A DNA stretch of 64,000 nt, taken from positions 434,001 to 498,000 of the forward strand of contig MCFH01000001.1 in the NCBI GenBank assembly GCA_002104945.1. Reading direction: 5' to 3'. A program made the translations under genes and the position numbers. The notes below the pieces were generated by a model. That model searched no databases. It saw nothing but the letters and a program-made list of their open reading frames with translations, and was not told the origin of the DNA. Shown piece after piece: positions 1 through 13,400 of this stretch (its first letter is position 1; each line of letters begins with the position of its first letter). Source of the DNA: Piromyces finnis finn. Its lineage: Eukaryota; Fungi; Neocallimastigomycota.

Positions 1-353
1 CTAATAATAATATTATTTATCTATCTAGTATTATCACTTATGCCTATTTTCTTATTATTATTTCTTATTATCTTTTTATGTCGTTTCTTCTCTTTTAATA
101 TTTATTAATTCTCTTTTATTAAATACTCTTTGTTGTAATTAAGGTTTTTAGTCTTTTTAATTAATTTTATTTATAATTTTTATTTTAGTTATTGCTATAA
201 GCGTTATTAATTAAATCAATAATTGTTAGCTTATAAATTTATATATTAAATTTTTATTAAACCTAAAATACTTAAAGTAGAATTATTATTAGTAAAATTA
301 AAGGTTAAATTGGAATTCCTATGCTCCTACATTTTTCTGAATCAGTCGTACCA
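1..353 (-). mobile_element. Partial LTR related to the element-D LTR family (runs off the left edge of the window)
   Basis: Ends ...CATTTTTCTGAATCAGTCGTACCA at 353, resembling the D LTR end CATTTTTCTGAATGTGGTGTACCA (17182, 42855). Internal block AATAATATTATTTAT..TATTATCAC also matches the D LTR. Followed by TTAA (354-357). Confidence 0.65.
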
Positions 354-357
354 TTAA

Positions 358-1370
358 TGATAACGGATTAGTAGTTATATTATAACTTTTTAACTACTTC
401 TTCTGTTATCTTATATTGTTTTATCTCGACAGCTATTGTACGAGCTTTAACAATATCTACTAGTTTTATTAATTTATTTTAAGTTATTTTATAGTTTTAA
501 TAGTTTTATTATTTTAATAATATTTATATAGAATAATAACACCAGATTTATTCTATAAAATATTATTTATTATTAACACAATAATTACAAATTAGACAAG
601 TTTAATTTCGTTTTTATATTTTCTTTTATTTATTGTTCTTACGCTCTTTTTAACAATAATTTTTATTATATAAAAACTTATTTTTGTCTTTTAAATATTA
701 TTATGTATTCACTAATTAATTATATTAACTATTATTAAAATTTAACTTATTATTAATAATCTAAGTCTTTTCATTTTCTACTAAAAATTATTATTATTCT
801 TTATATTAAAAATTATTTTTATAATTTAACCCAATCAAGTCGTTCCAGTTTTTATCCTGGTTGTTAAGGCGTTTCCTTAGCATACATAAGGCTTCTGGTT
901 CGACCCCGCAGATGTCAGTGCCTGTGGATTTTCCCACTGGGTTTGCCATGGGTTGGGTTATGATATTCAGGTAAGTATAAATGAACTTTCTAATTTACTA
1001 CTATGATAATAACACTCGTCTAGCCGGCCTGAGAGGGTCTAGTGTACATGGTACATTCCAAATTAGAACTTAATAAGTGGTGACTTAGGCTATGCCAAAA
1101 ACACATAATATTCCTTAATCAATTTAAGTGTAAACATTAGGGGGCGGTTGACACGTGATCAAATTGACTATAAGAGGCTTAGCATTGTAGTTGTGAAATA
1201 TCGTACAACGACATGCATCTAATGTACATGGATTAAGTGAGCGTCGAAGCTGAAGAAACAGTATGACAGACCAGGAGGGTCACAACCACCTAGCAATAGG
1301 AATGAGCCAACGTTTCTCTAAGAACCACCATTGGAGCTAACTCTGATCGATGGGAGAAATGCACTCGGAA

Positions 1371-1408
<38 letters not shown>

Positions 1409-1555
1409 CAATCAAATATATAAATTTATAAAATATTTGATTTTATGTAAATTATATTTTTATAATAAACTATATAAAATTATTTAATAATTATTTTATA
1501 ATAAAATTTTCTACTAATATCAAATTTATAATATATTTATAATTATTATTTATCA
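358..1555. mobile_element. Solo LTR A1 (~620 bp, family A), interrupted by SINE copy 1
   Basis: Termini TGATAACGGA...TTTATCA, flanked by TTAA (354-357, 1556-1559). Reverse complement of 2351-2970 and 44582-45205 once the SINE is removed. Confidence 0.85.
838..1404 (+). mobile_element. tRNA-Ala-derived SINE, copy 1 (536-bp body + poly(A))
   Basis: tRNA-like head with CCTTAGCAT (AGC anticodon loop) and B box GGTTCGACCCC; ~31-nt poly(A); 10-bp TSD AACCCAATCA (828-837, 1405-1414); second copy at 42863. Confidence 0.85.
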
Positions 1556-1559
1556 TTAA

Positions 1560-2348
<789 letters not shown>

Positions 2349-2350
2349 TT

Positions 2351-2970
2351 TGATAAATAATAATTATAAATATATTATAAATTTGATATTAGTAGAAAAT
2401 TTATTATAAAATAATTATTAAATAATTTTATATAGTTTATTATAAAAATATAATTTACATAAAATCAAATATTTTATAAATTTATATATTTGATTGGGTT
2501 AAATTATAAAAATAATTTTTAATATAAAGAAGAATAATAATTTTTAGTAGAAAATGAGAAGACTTAGATTATTAATAATAAGTTAAATTTTAATAATAGT
2601 TAATATAATTAATTAGTGAATACATAATAATATTTAAAAGACAAAAATAAGTTTTTATATAATAAAAATTATTGTTAAAAAGAGCGTAAGAACAATAAAT
2701 AAAAGAAAATATAAAAACGAAATTAAACTTGTCTAATTTGTAATTATTGTGTTAATAATAAATAATATTTTATAGAATAAATCTGGTGTTATTATTCTAT
2801 ATAAATATTATTAAAATAATAAAACTATTAAAACTATAAAATAACTTAAAATAAATTAATAAAACTAGTAGACATTGTTAAAGCTCGTACAATAGCTGTC
2901 GAGATAAAACAATATAAGATAACAGAAGAAGTAGTTAAAAAGTTATAATATAACTACCAATCCGTTATCA
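2351..2970. mobile_element. Solo LTR A2 (family A); its terminus is duplicated at 43424-43433 by the SINE-2 TSD
   Basis: TGATAAATAA...TCCGTTATCA. TSD CATT at 2347-2350 and 43434-43437, so 2972-43421 is nested at its end. Confidence 0.85.
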
Positions 2971-3954
2971 CTGTAAAAGGTTTTTTATAATATTAGTTAA
3001 TAAGTTGCTAATTAGTTAATTAAGTTAGTTATTACCTCTCTATACGAGTTAATAACTAAATAAAGTTTTATAAAAAATAATAAAAGAAAGAAAATAAATA
3101 TTATAACACTAAAATAAATATAAACACTTATATAAATATTTTATGAAATAACTTTTACTTAAATAATTATATTTTAATTATATCTTTTATTTATTTATTA
3201 TAATTATCTACATTAATTATTATTATAGCTATTAATTTACTTTAATACTAACGCTAAAGTATTTACCGTTAGTTTTGACTATACTATTTAACTATATGAG
3301 TTTATTTTCTTTTGTAATGGCGACACAGAAAGAATAGATTAGGATATCTATTCTATTACAATAACACAAGATTTTGAAAAAATAAAATAAAAAATTGTTT
3401 TATAAAATATCTTTTATTATAATAGAATTTTAATAATAACAATTACATCGATAAAATGATGAAAAATATCTTCTATTTATATTTTTCCTAAATACATTTA
3501 TATTATATTATAACTATTTATTTCTTATATATTATTATTTAAAATCTACACTAAAATCTTAATTATTAATAAATATTTAAACTATAACTATTTTTAGTAA
3601 AATACAATTGGCAATTCAAATTAAGTACTATTTAATTTGAATATGTGCCCATGTATTATTGATATATTAATCATTTATTATTTATCTATTTCTATAAAAA
3701 AAACAATACTAAAACTAGGGATTTAAATTGAGAATATTAATTTACTTGTTAAACATTAAAAATAAATTAATAATTTATTTTGTTTTAAACTTTAATTATT
3801 AATAAATAAATTATGTCTCATTTTCTTTTTCTGAATATAATTTGTGTAACTTAAACAATAATACTTGTGGCTTAAGTTACATTAAAGATATCAAACAGAG
3901 GCGTTTGATATCTTTACAATCTCTCTCTCTAAGTCGAGCTCCTGCGAGATTAAT

Positions 3955-6900
3955 TTATAAGGAATCTTTTCTCGAAGGAATTTCAATTACAAATGGTTGG
4001 TATCTGTGCTTGATTAGATTACCAACTTTATTCTTTCTAATTTTCATGGAGGAGTCGTTCGACTTATATTTTGACTTTTTAGAGTTTCTTTCAAACTCTT
4101 GTATTAATTGTTTATCTGGAATCTGATCTTCAGAAATCCAAGTGGATTTGTCAAATCCTTTCCATGATAACTTATAAAATGTTTCACCATTAACAGATTT
4201 CATCTTTTCAATTTTCTCTGGAATTTTTTCAATTAAATCTGTGTTAAGGTGAATGTTCCTCTTCCTACGATTAGACCTGTCGTTAAACTTGTTTTCAAAG
4301 TATGGTTCTAACAATGAAACATGAAAGACTGGATGACATCTCATTGTCTTTGGAAGTTTCAATTTGAAAGCGAGAGAACTAACTTTTCCAATTATCTCAA
4401 ATGGGCCAAGCATTTGAGGTGCTAATTTTCTCTTTAGGTTAGTTCCAGGAGAATCTTTCAATAACCATACCTTCTTTCCCACTTCGAACTCCGGGGGAAT
4501 CATTCTCTTCATATCGGCATATTTCTTATATGTTTCTTTTGCTTTTTCTAAGTTTTCTTTTAATAATTTAAAGTTTTCATTCATATCAATTACTCTTTGT
4601 TCAGCTCTACTAGGTCTATCATTAGCTGGAATTTCTAAGCTGAACTTTGGATGAAAACCATAATTAGCAAAGAATGGAGATTGATTTATAGATTGTTGTA
4701 AAGTATTATTATATGCAAATTCAGCAAATGGGATAAGATCAACCCAGTTATTCTGCTTTTTATTTATAAAACAACGGAAATATTGTTCTAATATGCCGTT
4801 CACCCTCTCCGTTTGACCATCTGTCTGCGGATGGTTGGCAGTTGATAATGAATGATTGATATTAAGAAGGTCACAAAGTCTTGACCAAAAGTCAGAAGTA
4901 AATTGCGAGCCTCTATCAGAAATGATGGAATCAGGAAGACCATGCAAACGGAAGACATTAGCAATAAAAGCATCAGCAGCAATTGAAGCAGTAGGAAGAC
5001 AACGTAAAGGAATGGCGTGAGCAAATTTAGTAAATCTATCGACAACAACCATGAGAGTTGTCATATCTCTGGACTTAGGAAGATCAACAATAAAATCAAT
5101 AGAAATATCAGACCAGGGCCTACTGGGAGTGTCCAAAGGGGATAACAATCCATAAGGCTTATGTCTGGGGACTTTGGATTTGCAACAAGTCACGCAAGAT
5201 TTGATAAAAGATTTAACGTCTGAATGAAACCTTGGCCACCAAAAGTTTCTGGAGATCAGTTCAGTGGTTTTCTTAATACCGAAATGACCAGCAGCAACAG
5301 AATCATGATGAAGTTCCAAAACTCTTGTCCTAAGAGATTTAGGAACATAAATAAGATTATTATATAACAAAAATCCCTCGTTATCAATAATAACTTTATC
5401 AATATTTTTAATAGGTGCATTACATGCAGAACCATTCATTTTAAATTGGACAATAGAATTATACAAATCGTCATTTTTAAGTTCTAATAAAATAGAATCG
5501 ATTAACGGTTTGTTATCGCTATGATGAAACGAAATAGTAAGACAAGAAACATCAGAATTAATATTATTCTCTACATGATCACTTCTACGAGACAGGATAT
5601 CAGGCTTACCGGATTTCTTTCCAGCTCTATAAATGAGTTTAAAATCAAATCTGGATAAGAACAAATTCCATCTAATTTGTCTCTGAGATAACATTTCAGG
5701 TTTTCTAGGAAATGTTAAATTCTTGTGATCAGTATAAATTATGAACGGATGGCGTGCACCTTCTAAATAATGACGCCATTCTTCAAGAGCAACTACAATA
5801 GCTAAAAGTTCCTTGTCATATATAGGATAGTTTCTTTGACAACTCGTCAAACTTTTAGAAAGAAATGCAATAGGATGTAATTTGCCATCAAATTCTTGAG
5901 AGAGAATAGCACCGACAGCATAATTACTAGCATCAGTTTCTACAATAAATTGTTTATTACTATCCGCATGTTTCAGAATAGGAGCTGACGTGAACAGAGA
6001 TTTTAATAAAATAAAAGCGTCCTGATCTTCTTTCACCCAGTTAAAAGCAACATTCTTTCTAGTGAGTTTGTGAAGAGGGTTTGCAATTTTAGCAAAGTCT
6101 TTAATAAAAATTCTGTAATAGTTGCATAAACCAATAAAAGACTGAACCTCTTTAACATTCTTGGGAACCGGCCAATCGAGAATTGCTTTAACTTTATTTT
6201 CATCCATTTGCAATCCATCCTTTGAAATGACATAACCAAGAAAAGTGGTTTTCTCAACATCAAACTCACATTTTTCTAATTTAACATAAAGATTATTTTC
6301 AAGTAGTTTCTTAAGTACCTTTTTAACATGCTCATGATGTTCTTCGATATTATTAGAATAAATAAGAATATCATCAATATATGAGATAACAAAATCGTCT
6401 AAATAGTCACTAAGGACATCGTTAATGAAGTGTTGAAAAGTTGCAGGTGCATTCTTTAATCCAAAAGGCATAACCAGATATTCAAAATGTCCATATCTAG
6501 TACGAAAAGCCGTTTTGTATTCGTCACCTTCTTTAATACGAACAAGATTATAAGCGGATTTAAGGTCTAATTTAGTAAAAATCTTAGCATTTTTCACCCT
6601 ATCCAAAAGGTCACTAATTAAAGGTAAAGGATATGAATTACGAATGGTAATATCATTCAACTTTCTATAATCGATACAAAGTCTTAGGGAGCCATCCTTC
6701 TTTTTAACAAATAAAATTGGGGCACCAGCAGGAGACGATGATTTCCTAATAAAACCTTTATTTAAATTATCATCAATATATTTTTTAAGTTCCTCTCTTT
6801 CAACTTCAGTTAATGGATACAAAGGTCCATAAAATAAAGTCGAATCATCTTTAAGTTTGATTTCACAATCATAAGGTCTATGAGGAGGTAACACTTCACA

Positions 6901-7026
6901 ATTTTTTTCATTAAACACTTCACTAAATTCTAAATATTGGGTTGGTACGGCGACCAATTTATCTTTATTAATATCTTTTCCATTATTATTATTATTACTA
7001 CATGATTCGTTATCATTATTACATGT
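3955..7026 (-). CDS. Element 1 Pol part: RT-RNaseH-integrase-degenerate chromodomain (C-terminal fragment of a split Gag-Pol)
   Basis: YIDDILIYS RT motif, VETDAS RNaseH, HHCC and DDE integrase; near-identical to 34238..38827. The ORF-track start (GTG at 7047) lies in the inserted solo LTR. Confidence 0.93.
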   Translation of the reverse strand, partial: TCNNDNESCSNNNNNGKDINKDKLVAVPTQYLEFSEVFNEKNCEVLPPHRPYDCEIKLKDDSTLFYGPLYPLTEVEREELKKYIDDNLNKGFIRKSSSPAGAPILFVKKKDGSLRLCIDYRKLNDITIRNSYPLPLISDLLDRVKNAKIFTKLDLKSAYNLVRIKEGDEYKTAFRTRYGHFEYLVMPFGLKNAPATFQHFINDVLSDYLDDFVISYIDDILIYSNNIEEHHEHVKKVLKKLLENNLYVKLEKCEFDVEKTTFLGYVISKDGLQMDENKVKAILDWPVPKNVKEVQSFIGLCNYYRIFIKDFAKIANPLHKLTRKNVAFNWVKEDQDAFILLKSLFTSAPILKHADSNKQFIVETDASNYAVGAILSQEFDGKLHPIAFLSKSLTSCQRNYPIYDKELLAIVVALEEWRHYLEGARHPFIIYTDHKNLTFPRKPEMLSQRQIRWNLFLSRFDFKLIYRAGKKSGKPDILSRRSDHVENNINSDVSCLTISFHHSDNKPLIDSILLELKNDDLYNSIVQFKMNGSACNAPIKNIDKVIIDNEGFLLYNNLIYVPKSLRTRVLELHHDSVAAGHFGIKKTTELISRNFWWPRFHSDVKSFIKSCVTCCKSKVPRHKPYGLLSPLDTPSRPWSDISIDFIVDLPKSRDMTTLMVVVDRFTKFAHAIPLRCLPTASIAADAFIANVFRLHGLPDSIISDRGSQFTSDFWSRLCDLLNINHSLSTANHPQTDGQTERVNGILEQYFRCFINKKQNNWVDLIPFAEFAYNNTLQQSINQSPFFANYGFHPKFSLEIPANDRPSRAEQRVIDMNENFKLLKENLEKAKETYKKYADMKRMIPPEFEVGKKVWLLKDSPGTNLKRKLAPQMLGPFEIIGKVSSLAFKLKLPKTMRCHPVFHVSLLEPYFENKFNDRSNRRKRNIHLNTDLIEKIPEKIEKMKSVNGETFYKLSWKGFDKSTWISEDQIPDKQLIQEFERNSKKSKYKSNDSSMKIRKNKVGNLIKHRYQPFVIEIPSRKDSL

Positions 7027-7638
7027 TGTAAAGATATCAAACGCCACAGATTGATATCTTTAATGTAACTTAAGCCATAAATATTATTGTTTAAGTTAAA
7101 CGAATTATATTACAGAAAAAGAAAATGGGACATAATTTATTTATTAATAATTAAAGTTTAAAACAAAATAAATTATTAATTTATTCTTAATGTTTAACAA
7201 ATAAATTAAAATTCTCAATTTAAACCCCTAGTTTTAGTATTGTTTTGTAATAGAAATAGACATCTAGTATATAATTATTAAATGTTTAATATATCAATAA
7301 TACATGGGCACATATTCAAATTGAATAGTACTTAATTTGAATTGCCAATTGTATTTTACTAAAAATAGTTATAGTCTAAATATTTATTAATAATTAAGAT
7401 TTTAGTGTAGATTTTAAATAATAATATAGAAGAAATAAATAGTTATAATATAATATAAATGTATTTAGGAAAAATATAAATAGAAGATATTTTTCATCAT
7501 TTTATCGATGTAATTGTTATTAATATAATTTCTATTATAATAAAAGATATTTTTTAATAAAACAATTTTATTTAGATTTTTAGTGTTATTGTAATAGAAT
7601 AGATATCCTAATCTATTCTTCAAGTGTTCGACTTTACA
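7027..7638 (+). mobile_element. Solo LTR of a family-B variant, inserted antisense into the element 1 gag-pol ORF
   Basis: TGTAAAGATATCAAACGCC...GACTTTACA; TSD CATGT (7022-7026, 7639-7643). Removing it restores the frame KINETCNN. Confidence 0.92.
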
Positions 7639-9164
7639 CATGTTTCATTAATTTTTGTTACAATACATTTAACTTTTTTATTAAAACTAATATATTCATC
7701 ATCGCTATCATCTTCATCATTGATGGTTCTAACAAGGCGGCCTTTAACATATTCTTTTTCTTCATTGTTTGGGACAGAGGGATCTACTTTCGGCTTTTTG
7801 GTCAAGCTTCGGTCGAGAACATCATGATCTAACTGATCATTCTTTGACTTCTTTCTTGGTTTTCTCTTTCTTTTGCCTTTATTACAATGTCTGGCACAAT
7901 AACCAGAACTAAAAGCGATTTTCTTAGAGTCGTAGAAAGCATTTGGATTATGCTTCTTTATCCACGGCAAACCAAGAATAACATCAACACCGGGGACTTG
8001 TAATCCATAAAGTTGAATTACTTCGAAGTGATTTTTGCAACGGAGCATGCACTTCTCAGTCCTTTCCCAAACACTAACAACTCCATCACTAACACCTGAA
8101 ACACGGAATGGTTCCACTTTTTCCAAATTAATACCAAGTTCTTCAGCAAGACTTGGATTAATGAAATTTAATTCAGAACCGGAATCAATTAAAACCTTAA
8201 TTTTAACTTCCGAAACTTCATTGGTACTCAAGTAAAAGTCCACAAGGTTTAAATCACTTTTCACTCCCTTGACTCCAACTTTGTAAATTTTTGGATTAAC
8301 AATTTTTGGAGTCCTTTCTTTAACAATTCTTAACACTTTTCTGGGCTTTACTCTATTAGGACAATTAAACTTTAAATGTCCCGGTTGTTTACAAAGAAAA
8401 CATAACCCCTTTTTCTTTTCTTCTTCAAAATTGTCTATGTTTTCATTGTAATTTTTACTTGATCCTTGGATATTCACATACCTTTTGCGTTTATTTTCTC
8501 TACTAATTCTAAATACATCCACATCCATAGGATCGTTAGCCCTTCTACTATTAAAATAAAATTCACTTAGAGAATTTCTTTTCATCATATCTTCAACTAA
8601 AATAGTTGAAGAAATCAATTGTTCAATTGAAGTTGGGTTTGATTCAATGAAAGCCAACTTCTCCCTAAGTGGTGGTAATAAACCTTTCAGAAACATGTAG
8701 ATTTTTGCGCTATCATTAAAGCTTGAATTTTGGCTAATACGTTGAAACTCGGTAATGTAATCTAATACCTGACCAAGTTTCCTTTGGCGAAGATTATCTA
8801 ATTTTCCGTTAGCTACAACGGTATCGTATCTATAACTGCCAAAATTAGCCTTCAACCTATCTACAAATTCATCATAATGGTTTAAAACCCCACTATTATT
8901 TTTCATCAACACTGAAGCCCATTCCAAAGGTTTACCAGAGAAGTATGATATAACGAAGTCGACCTTGACTCGATCTGTATTATACAGTGTCGGTCGAGTA
9001 CGAAATACCAACTCAACTCTGGTTAAAAATCCATCCAATTCTCTTTGTTTACCAGAAAATATCGGTGGAGCATTAATAATGTTCCCCGAATTCCCAGAAA
9101 CACCCACAGTCCTATCACCCATCTCTAAATTTAAACTTTCAAACTCACTAATTAAGGCCTCCAA
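7639..9164 (-). CDS. Element 1 Gag-protease part (N-terminal fragment)
   Basis: Retrotransposon capsid, CFLCKQPGHLKFNC zinc knuckle, LIDSGS protease; the track start codon is TTG. Confidence 0.9.
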
Positions 9165-9403
9165 CGTAAACTATTAAATAAAATAAAAAATGTTTTCTTA
9201 CTACTGTTTCAAGTAAGTAATCTTAATTTTTTTTTCTTTTTTTTTTTTTTTTTACACTAATACAATCTATTTAAATACAAAAGTTATTCAAACGCGTTCT
9301 GCAAAGCAGTGTCGAACAAGTTTTGTATCTATATATTGATTCCTTCGGTAGAATTCCTTTAACAAGGGCAGCAACAGAGTTTAACCTATAATTGTTTCAG
9401 TAA

Positions 9404-9598
9404 TTCTTCTTCTATGGTAGCAACCAAGTTCTTCTATAAATTCTTCTTCTGTGGTAGCAACCAAGTACTTCGGTAGATTCTTCTTCTATGGTAGCAACCA
9501 AGTTCTCCTATAAATTCTTCTTCTGTGGTAGCAACCAAGTACTTCGGTAGATTCTTCTTCTATGGTAGCAACCAAGTTCTTCTATAAATTCTTCTTCT
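9404..9598. repeat. 37-bp tandem repeat (A-B-A-B-A) in the element 1 5' UTR
   Basis: TTCTTCTTCT(A/G)TGGTAGCAACCAAGT... x5; element 5 has three copies (33890-34010). Confidence 0.9.
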
Positions 9599-10284
9599 GA
9601 CAGTAGTAGATATCCTAACGTACTCTTGAAGTAGTTAGGTAATTGTTATTGTAATGGCGACACAGAAAGAATAGATTAGGATATCTATTCTATTACAATA
9701 ACACAAGATTTTGAAAAAATAAAATAAAAAATTGTTTTATAAAATATCTTTTATTATAATAGAATTTTAATAATAACTGTAAAGAACTAATGTTCAATAA
9801 ATAAAAACACAAATATATAAAAAGGAAAATAATAAAAGCAAATAAAAATTTTATTATTGAACACTTAACAAAATTATAACAGGTTAGTGTTTAATAATTT
9901 TATTTTTATTATAAAATTTCTTTGTTAATAAAAACTCGAATTCAAAATAATTTTTTGAGAAATTTCACTCGTATTTATATAAATGTTTTTAAAAGTAAAT
10001 TTATAAAAATTTTACAACTTAATTTTTTAAGCCAATCAGAAATTATCTTCTTTGGTAAAATTTCGTTATAAAATATTTTAATAATTAAAAAAAAGATATT
10101 AATGAGGTTTCGAACTCGAGTAGTTCAAACCAAGGTCTTAGTTACTAACCACTAAGACAGGTTACTAATTTCTATGATTCGTTACATGGTCCTCCTCCAG
10201 GATTCGGATACCAGACGAATCAACTAAATTTATTTGTTACTTTATTATAAAAGAAATAATTGAAACGAGTGAATACATTTTGAA

Positions 10285-10332
<48 letters not shown>

Positions 10333-10435
10333 TGAATATTAAATTATAAATATATTTTTTCATTTTCTATTTTCTATTTTCTATTCTCTTTTTCTCTTAT
10401 CAATTACTAATTTTTTTTTAAATTAATAACTATTA

Positions 10436-13400
10436 CTAATGTGAATTATTAAAGTTTTTAATTAGTTCATCGCAGTTTAAATTACTTTCAGGTTCCCAAG
10501 ATGCTTCTGAAAGCGGATAACCTTTCCATTTTATTAGATATTGAATCTTCCCATAATGCTTTCTTTTATCAAGTATTTCTTCTACTTCGTATTCTTCTTC
10601 TTCATTTACTATTATAGGTGGAGGTGGATCTTTGATTCTTCCAAAACTATCTTCATAATACGGTTCTAGGTTTGAAACATGAACAATTGGGTAAATCTTC
10701 AGCGATTTTGGTAATTCTAATTTATAAGTGAGATTAGAGATTTTACTAATTATCCTAAACGGGCCAAGTTTCCTAGGATTAAATTTTTTATTTCCTTTAT
10801 GAATTATCAAGGAGCTATCCAACCATACTTTGTCACCAGTCTTGAATGTCGGAGGTTCTTGTCTATACTTGTCGGCATATTTCTTTTGAACTTGGATGGC
10901 CTTCTTTAAGTTTTCTTTTAGTTTCTCCATTAGGTCTTCAAAGTCTCTTGTAAACTCTTCAGCTCTTGGAACATTCGTTTGGTCAGGAATTACCGGAGAG
11001 TATTTTGGGTGATAACCATAATTTAGGAAGAATGGTGAGAATTTTGTTGAGTCTTGAACAGCATTATTGTAACTGAATTCTGCCAATGGAAGAAAGTTGA
11101 TCCAGTTTGTTCCTTTATAATTAGAAAAGCATCTTAAATATTGTTCAACAACGGAGTTTACCCTCTCCGTTTGGCCATTGGATTGATGATGATATGGTGA
11201 AGAATATTTAACATTGACGTCCAAAGATTGACAAATAGATTTCCAAAATTTCGAAGTGAATTGCGCGCCTCTATCGGAAATAATTTCAGAGGGGAGACCG
11301 TGAATTTTGAAAATATAATTCAAAAAAGCAAAAGCAGTATCAGAAGCAGAAGGAATACCTTTAAAGGGAATGAGGTGGCACATTTTAGTAAGGCGGTCAA
11401 CTACAACAAGAATAGTGTTAAATCCATCCGAAGGAGGGAGGTCAGTAATGAAATCCATAGAAATAGAAGCCCAAGGATGGTCACTAATCTCAAGGGGTTG
11501 AAGTAAACCATATGGTTTATGACGAGAAGGCTTGGAGCGGCAACAAATCTCGCAAGATCGGATATAATTCTTAACATCAATAGAAATGGATGGCCACCAA
11601 AAGTCACGAGAGATCAAAGAAATAGTTTTGCGGATACCAAAATGACCGGCAGAGGGGGAATCATGACAGAGTTTCAAAACGGAGGGACGGCATTTTAAAG
11701 GGACATAGATTCTACTATCAAAAAGAAGAAAACTATTACTAAGGGAGAATTTATTACTTTGTGGATGTGGAGCTGGGAGATTCTTATTTTCAAGAAAATT
11801 GCAAATGTCAATGTAAAAAGAGTCGTTCACATATTCAGATAATATTTCATCATTAAGAGAAGAAATGGAACAAATCAAAGCGCAGAAATTCTCAGGGCGT
11901 AAAACCGAAAAAGGAGCATCAGAAGGAAGAGAGGAATCCATATAATCAGGTCTTCGTGAAAGCGCATCAGGTTTACCATTAGATGAACCAGAGCGGTAGA
12001 GAATTTTAAAGTTAAATTCGGAAAGGAAAAGGGCCCAACGAACAAGACGTTGTGACATTTTTTCCGGTTTCTTTTGATATAGTAAGTTTCGATGATCTGA
12101 ATAAATAGTAAACGGGGTTAAAGCACCTTTGAGAAAATGTCGCCAAGTTTCAAGAGCATTAACAATAGCTAAAAGTTCTTTATCGTATATAGGATAGTTT
12201 CTTTCAGCGGAAGTAAGAGATCTTGAATAGAAAGCGACAGGATGGATCATTTTATCATCAGGAGATTTTTGAGACAGAACTGCTCCTATAGCAAAGTTGC
12301 TAGAGTCGGTTTCAACAATAAAGGGAAGATCACGATTTGGGTGAGACAGGATGGGAGCAGATGAAATTAATGATTTAATGGTATTAAATGCATCAAGAGC
12401 TTCAGAGGAAAAATCAAATTTAACGTTTTTACGAAGTAGTCTGTGAAGGGGTTGTGCAACTTTGGCAAAATTAGGAATAAACCGACGATAGTAGTTGGCT
12501 AGGCCAATAAAAGATTGAACTTCCTTGACACTGGACGGAACTGGCCAATTAATAATAGCAGAAACTTTATTGGGGTCCATATGTATACCTTCAGAGGATA
12601 TCCGATGACCAAGGAAATCAATAGAGGAAACAAAGAATTCACACTTTTCAAGCTTAGCATAAAGACCAGCATTTCTTAAGCGATCCAGGACTTCGATAAC
12701 GTGCTTAATGTGGGATTTATGGTTTTCAGAAAAAATAATTAAATCGTCAATATATGAATAAACAAAAATCCCTAGAATATTTTCCAGAACATCATTGATA
12801 AAATGCTGAAAAACAGCCGGGGCGTTTTTCAGTCCGAATGGCATTACCAGGTATTCAAAGTGGCCGAATTTGCAGGTGAAAGCTGTTTTATATTCATCAC
12901 CCTTTTTGATTCGGACCAAATTATATGCTGATCGTAAATCCAATTTTGAGAAGATTTTCGCTTTACCAAGATGCTCTAGCATATCTTGAATCAGAGGTAG
13001 AGGATAGGAATCTCTAATGGTAATTTTGTTGAGTTCCCTATAATCTTGACAAAGACGGAGTTCACCATTCTTTTTAGGAACGAAAAGTACAGGCGCACCA
13101 GCAGGAGATTTGGATTTCCTAATGAAACCCTTTTTGAGGTTTTCATCGATATAATCCTTCAAAACTCTTGTTTCTTCGTCTGTTAGTGGGTAGATTGGTC
13201 CATAAAATAGCTTGGCATTTTCGATTAGGTTTATTTGGCAATCATAAGGACGATGAGGTGGTAATTGAGCAGCAGAAGATTCGCTAAAGACGTCCATATA
13301 TGATTCTAATTCCTTCGGAAGTTTAGTAGTAGGATTTGAGTCTTTAAAAGAGTTTTTTGGTGAACAAGAATCAACTTTAGAAAGAGATATATTAGAAGCC

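Noticed and set aside
354-1559. piggyBac-like element because of the TTAA TSD
   Set aside because: Termini are TG...CA, not CC...GG, and other family-A copies have CATT and TATT TSDs.
3842-4126. 94-aa antisense ORF recurring at 19539 and 38656
   Set aside because: TTG start inside the LTR and overlaps the pol 3' end; its recurrence is explained by nucleotide identity of family-B copies.
9404-9598. CRISPR-like look of the 37-bp repeats
   Set aside because: The units are contiguous with no unique spacers, there are no cas genes, and the context is a eukaryotic retrotransposon leader.
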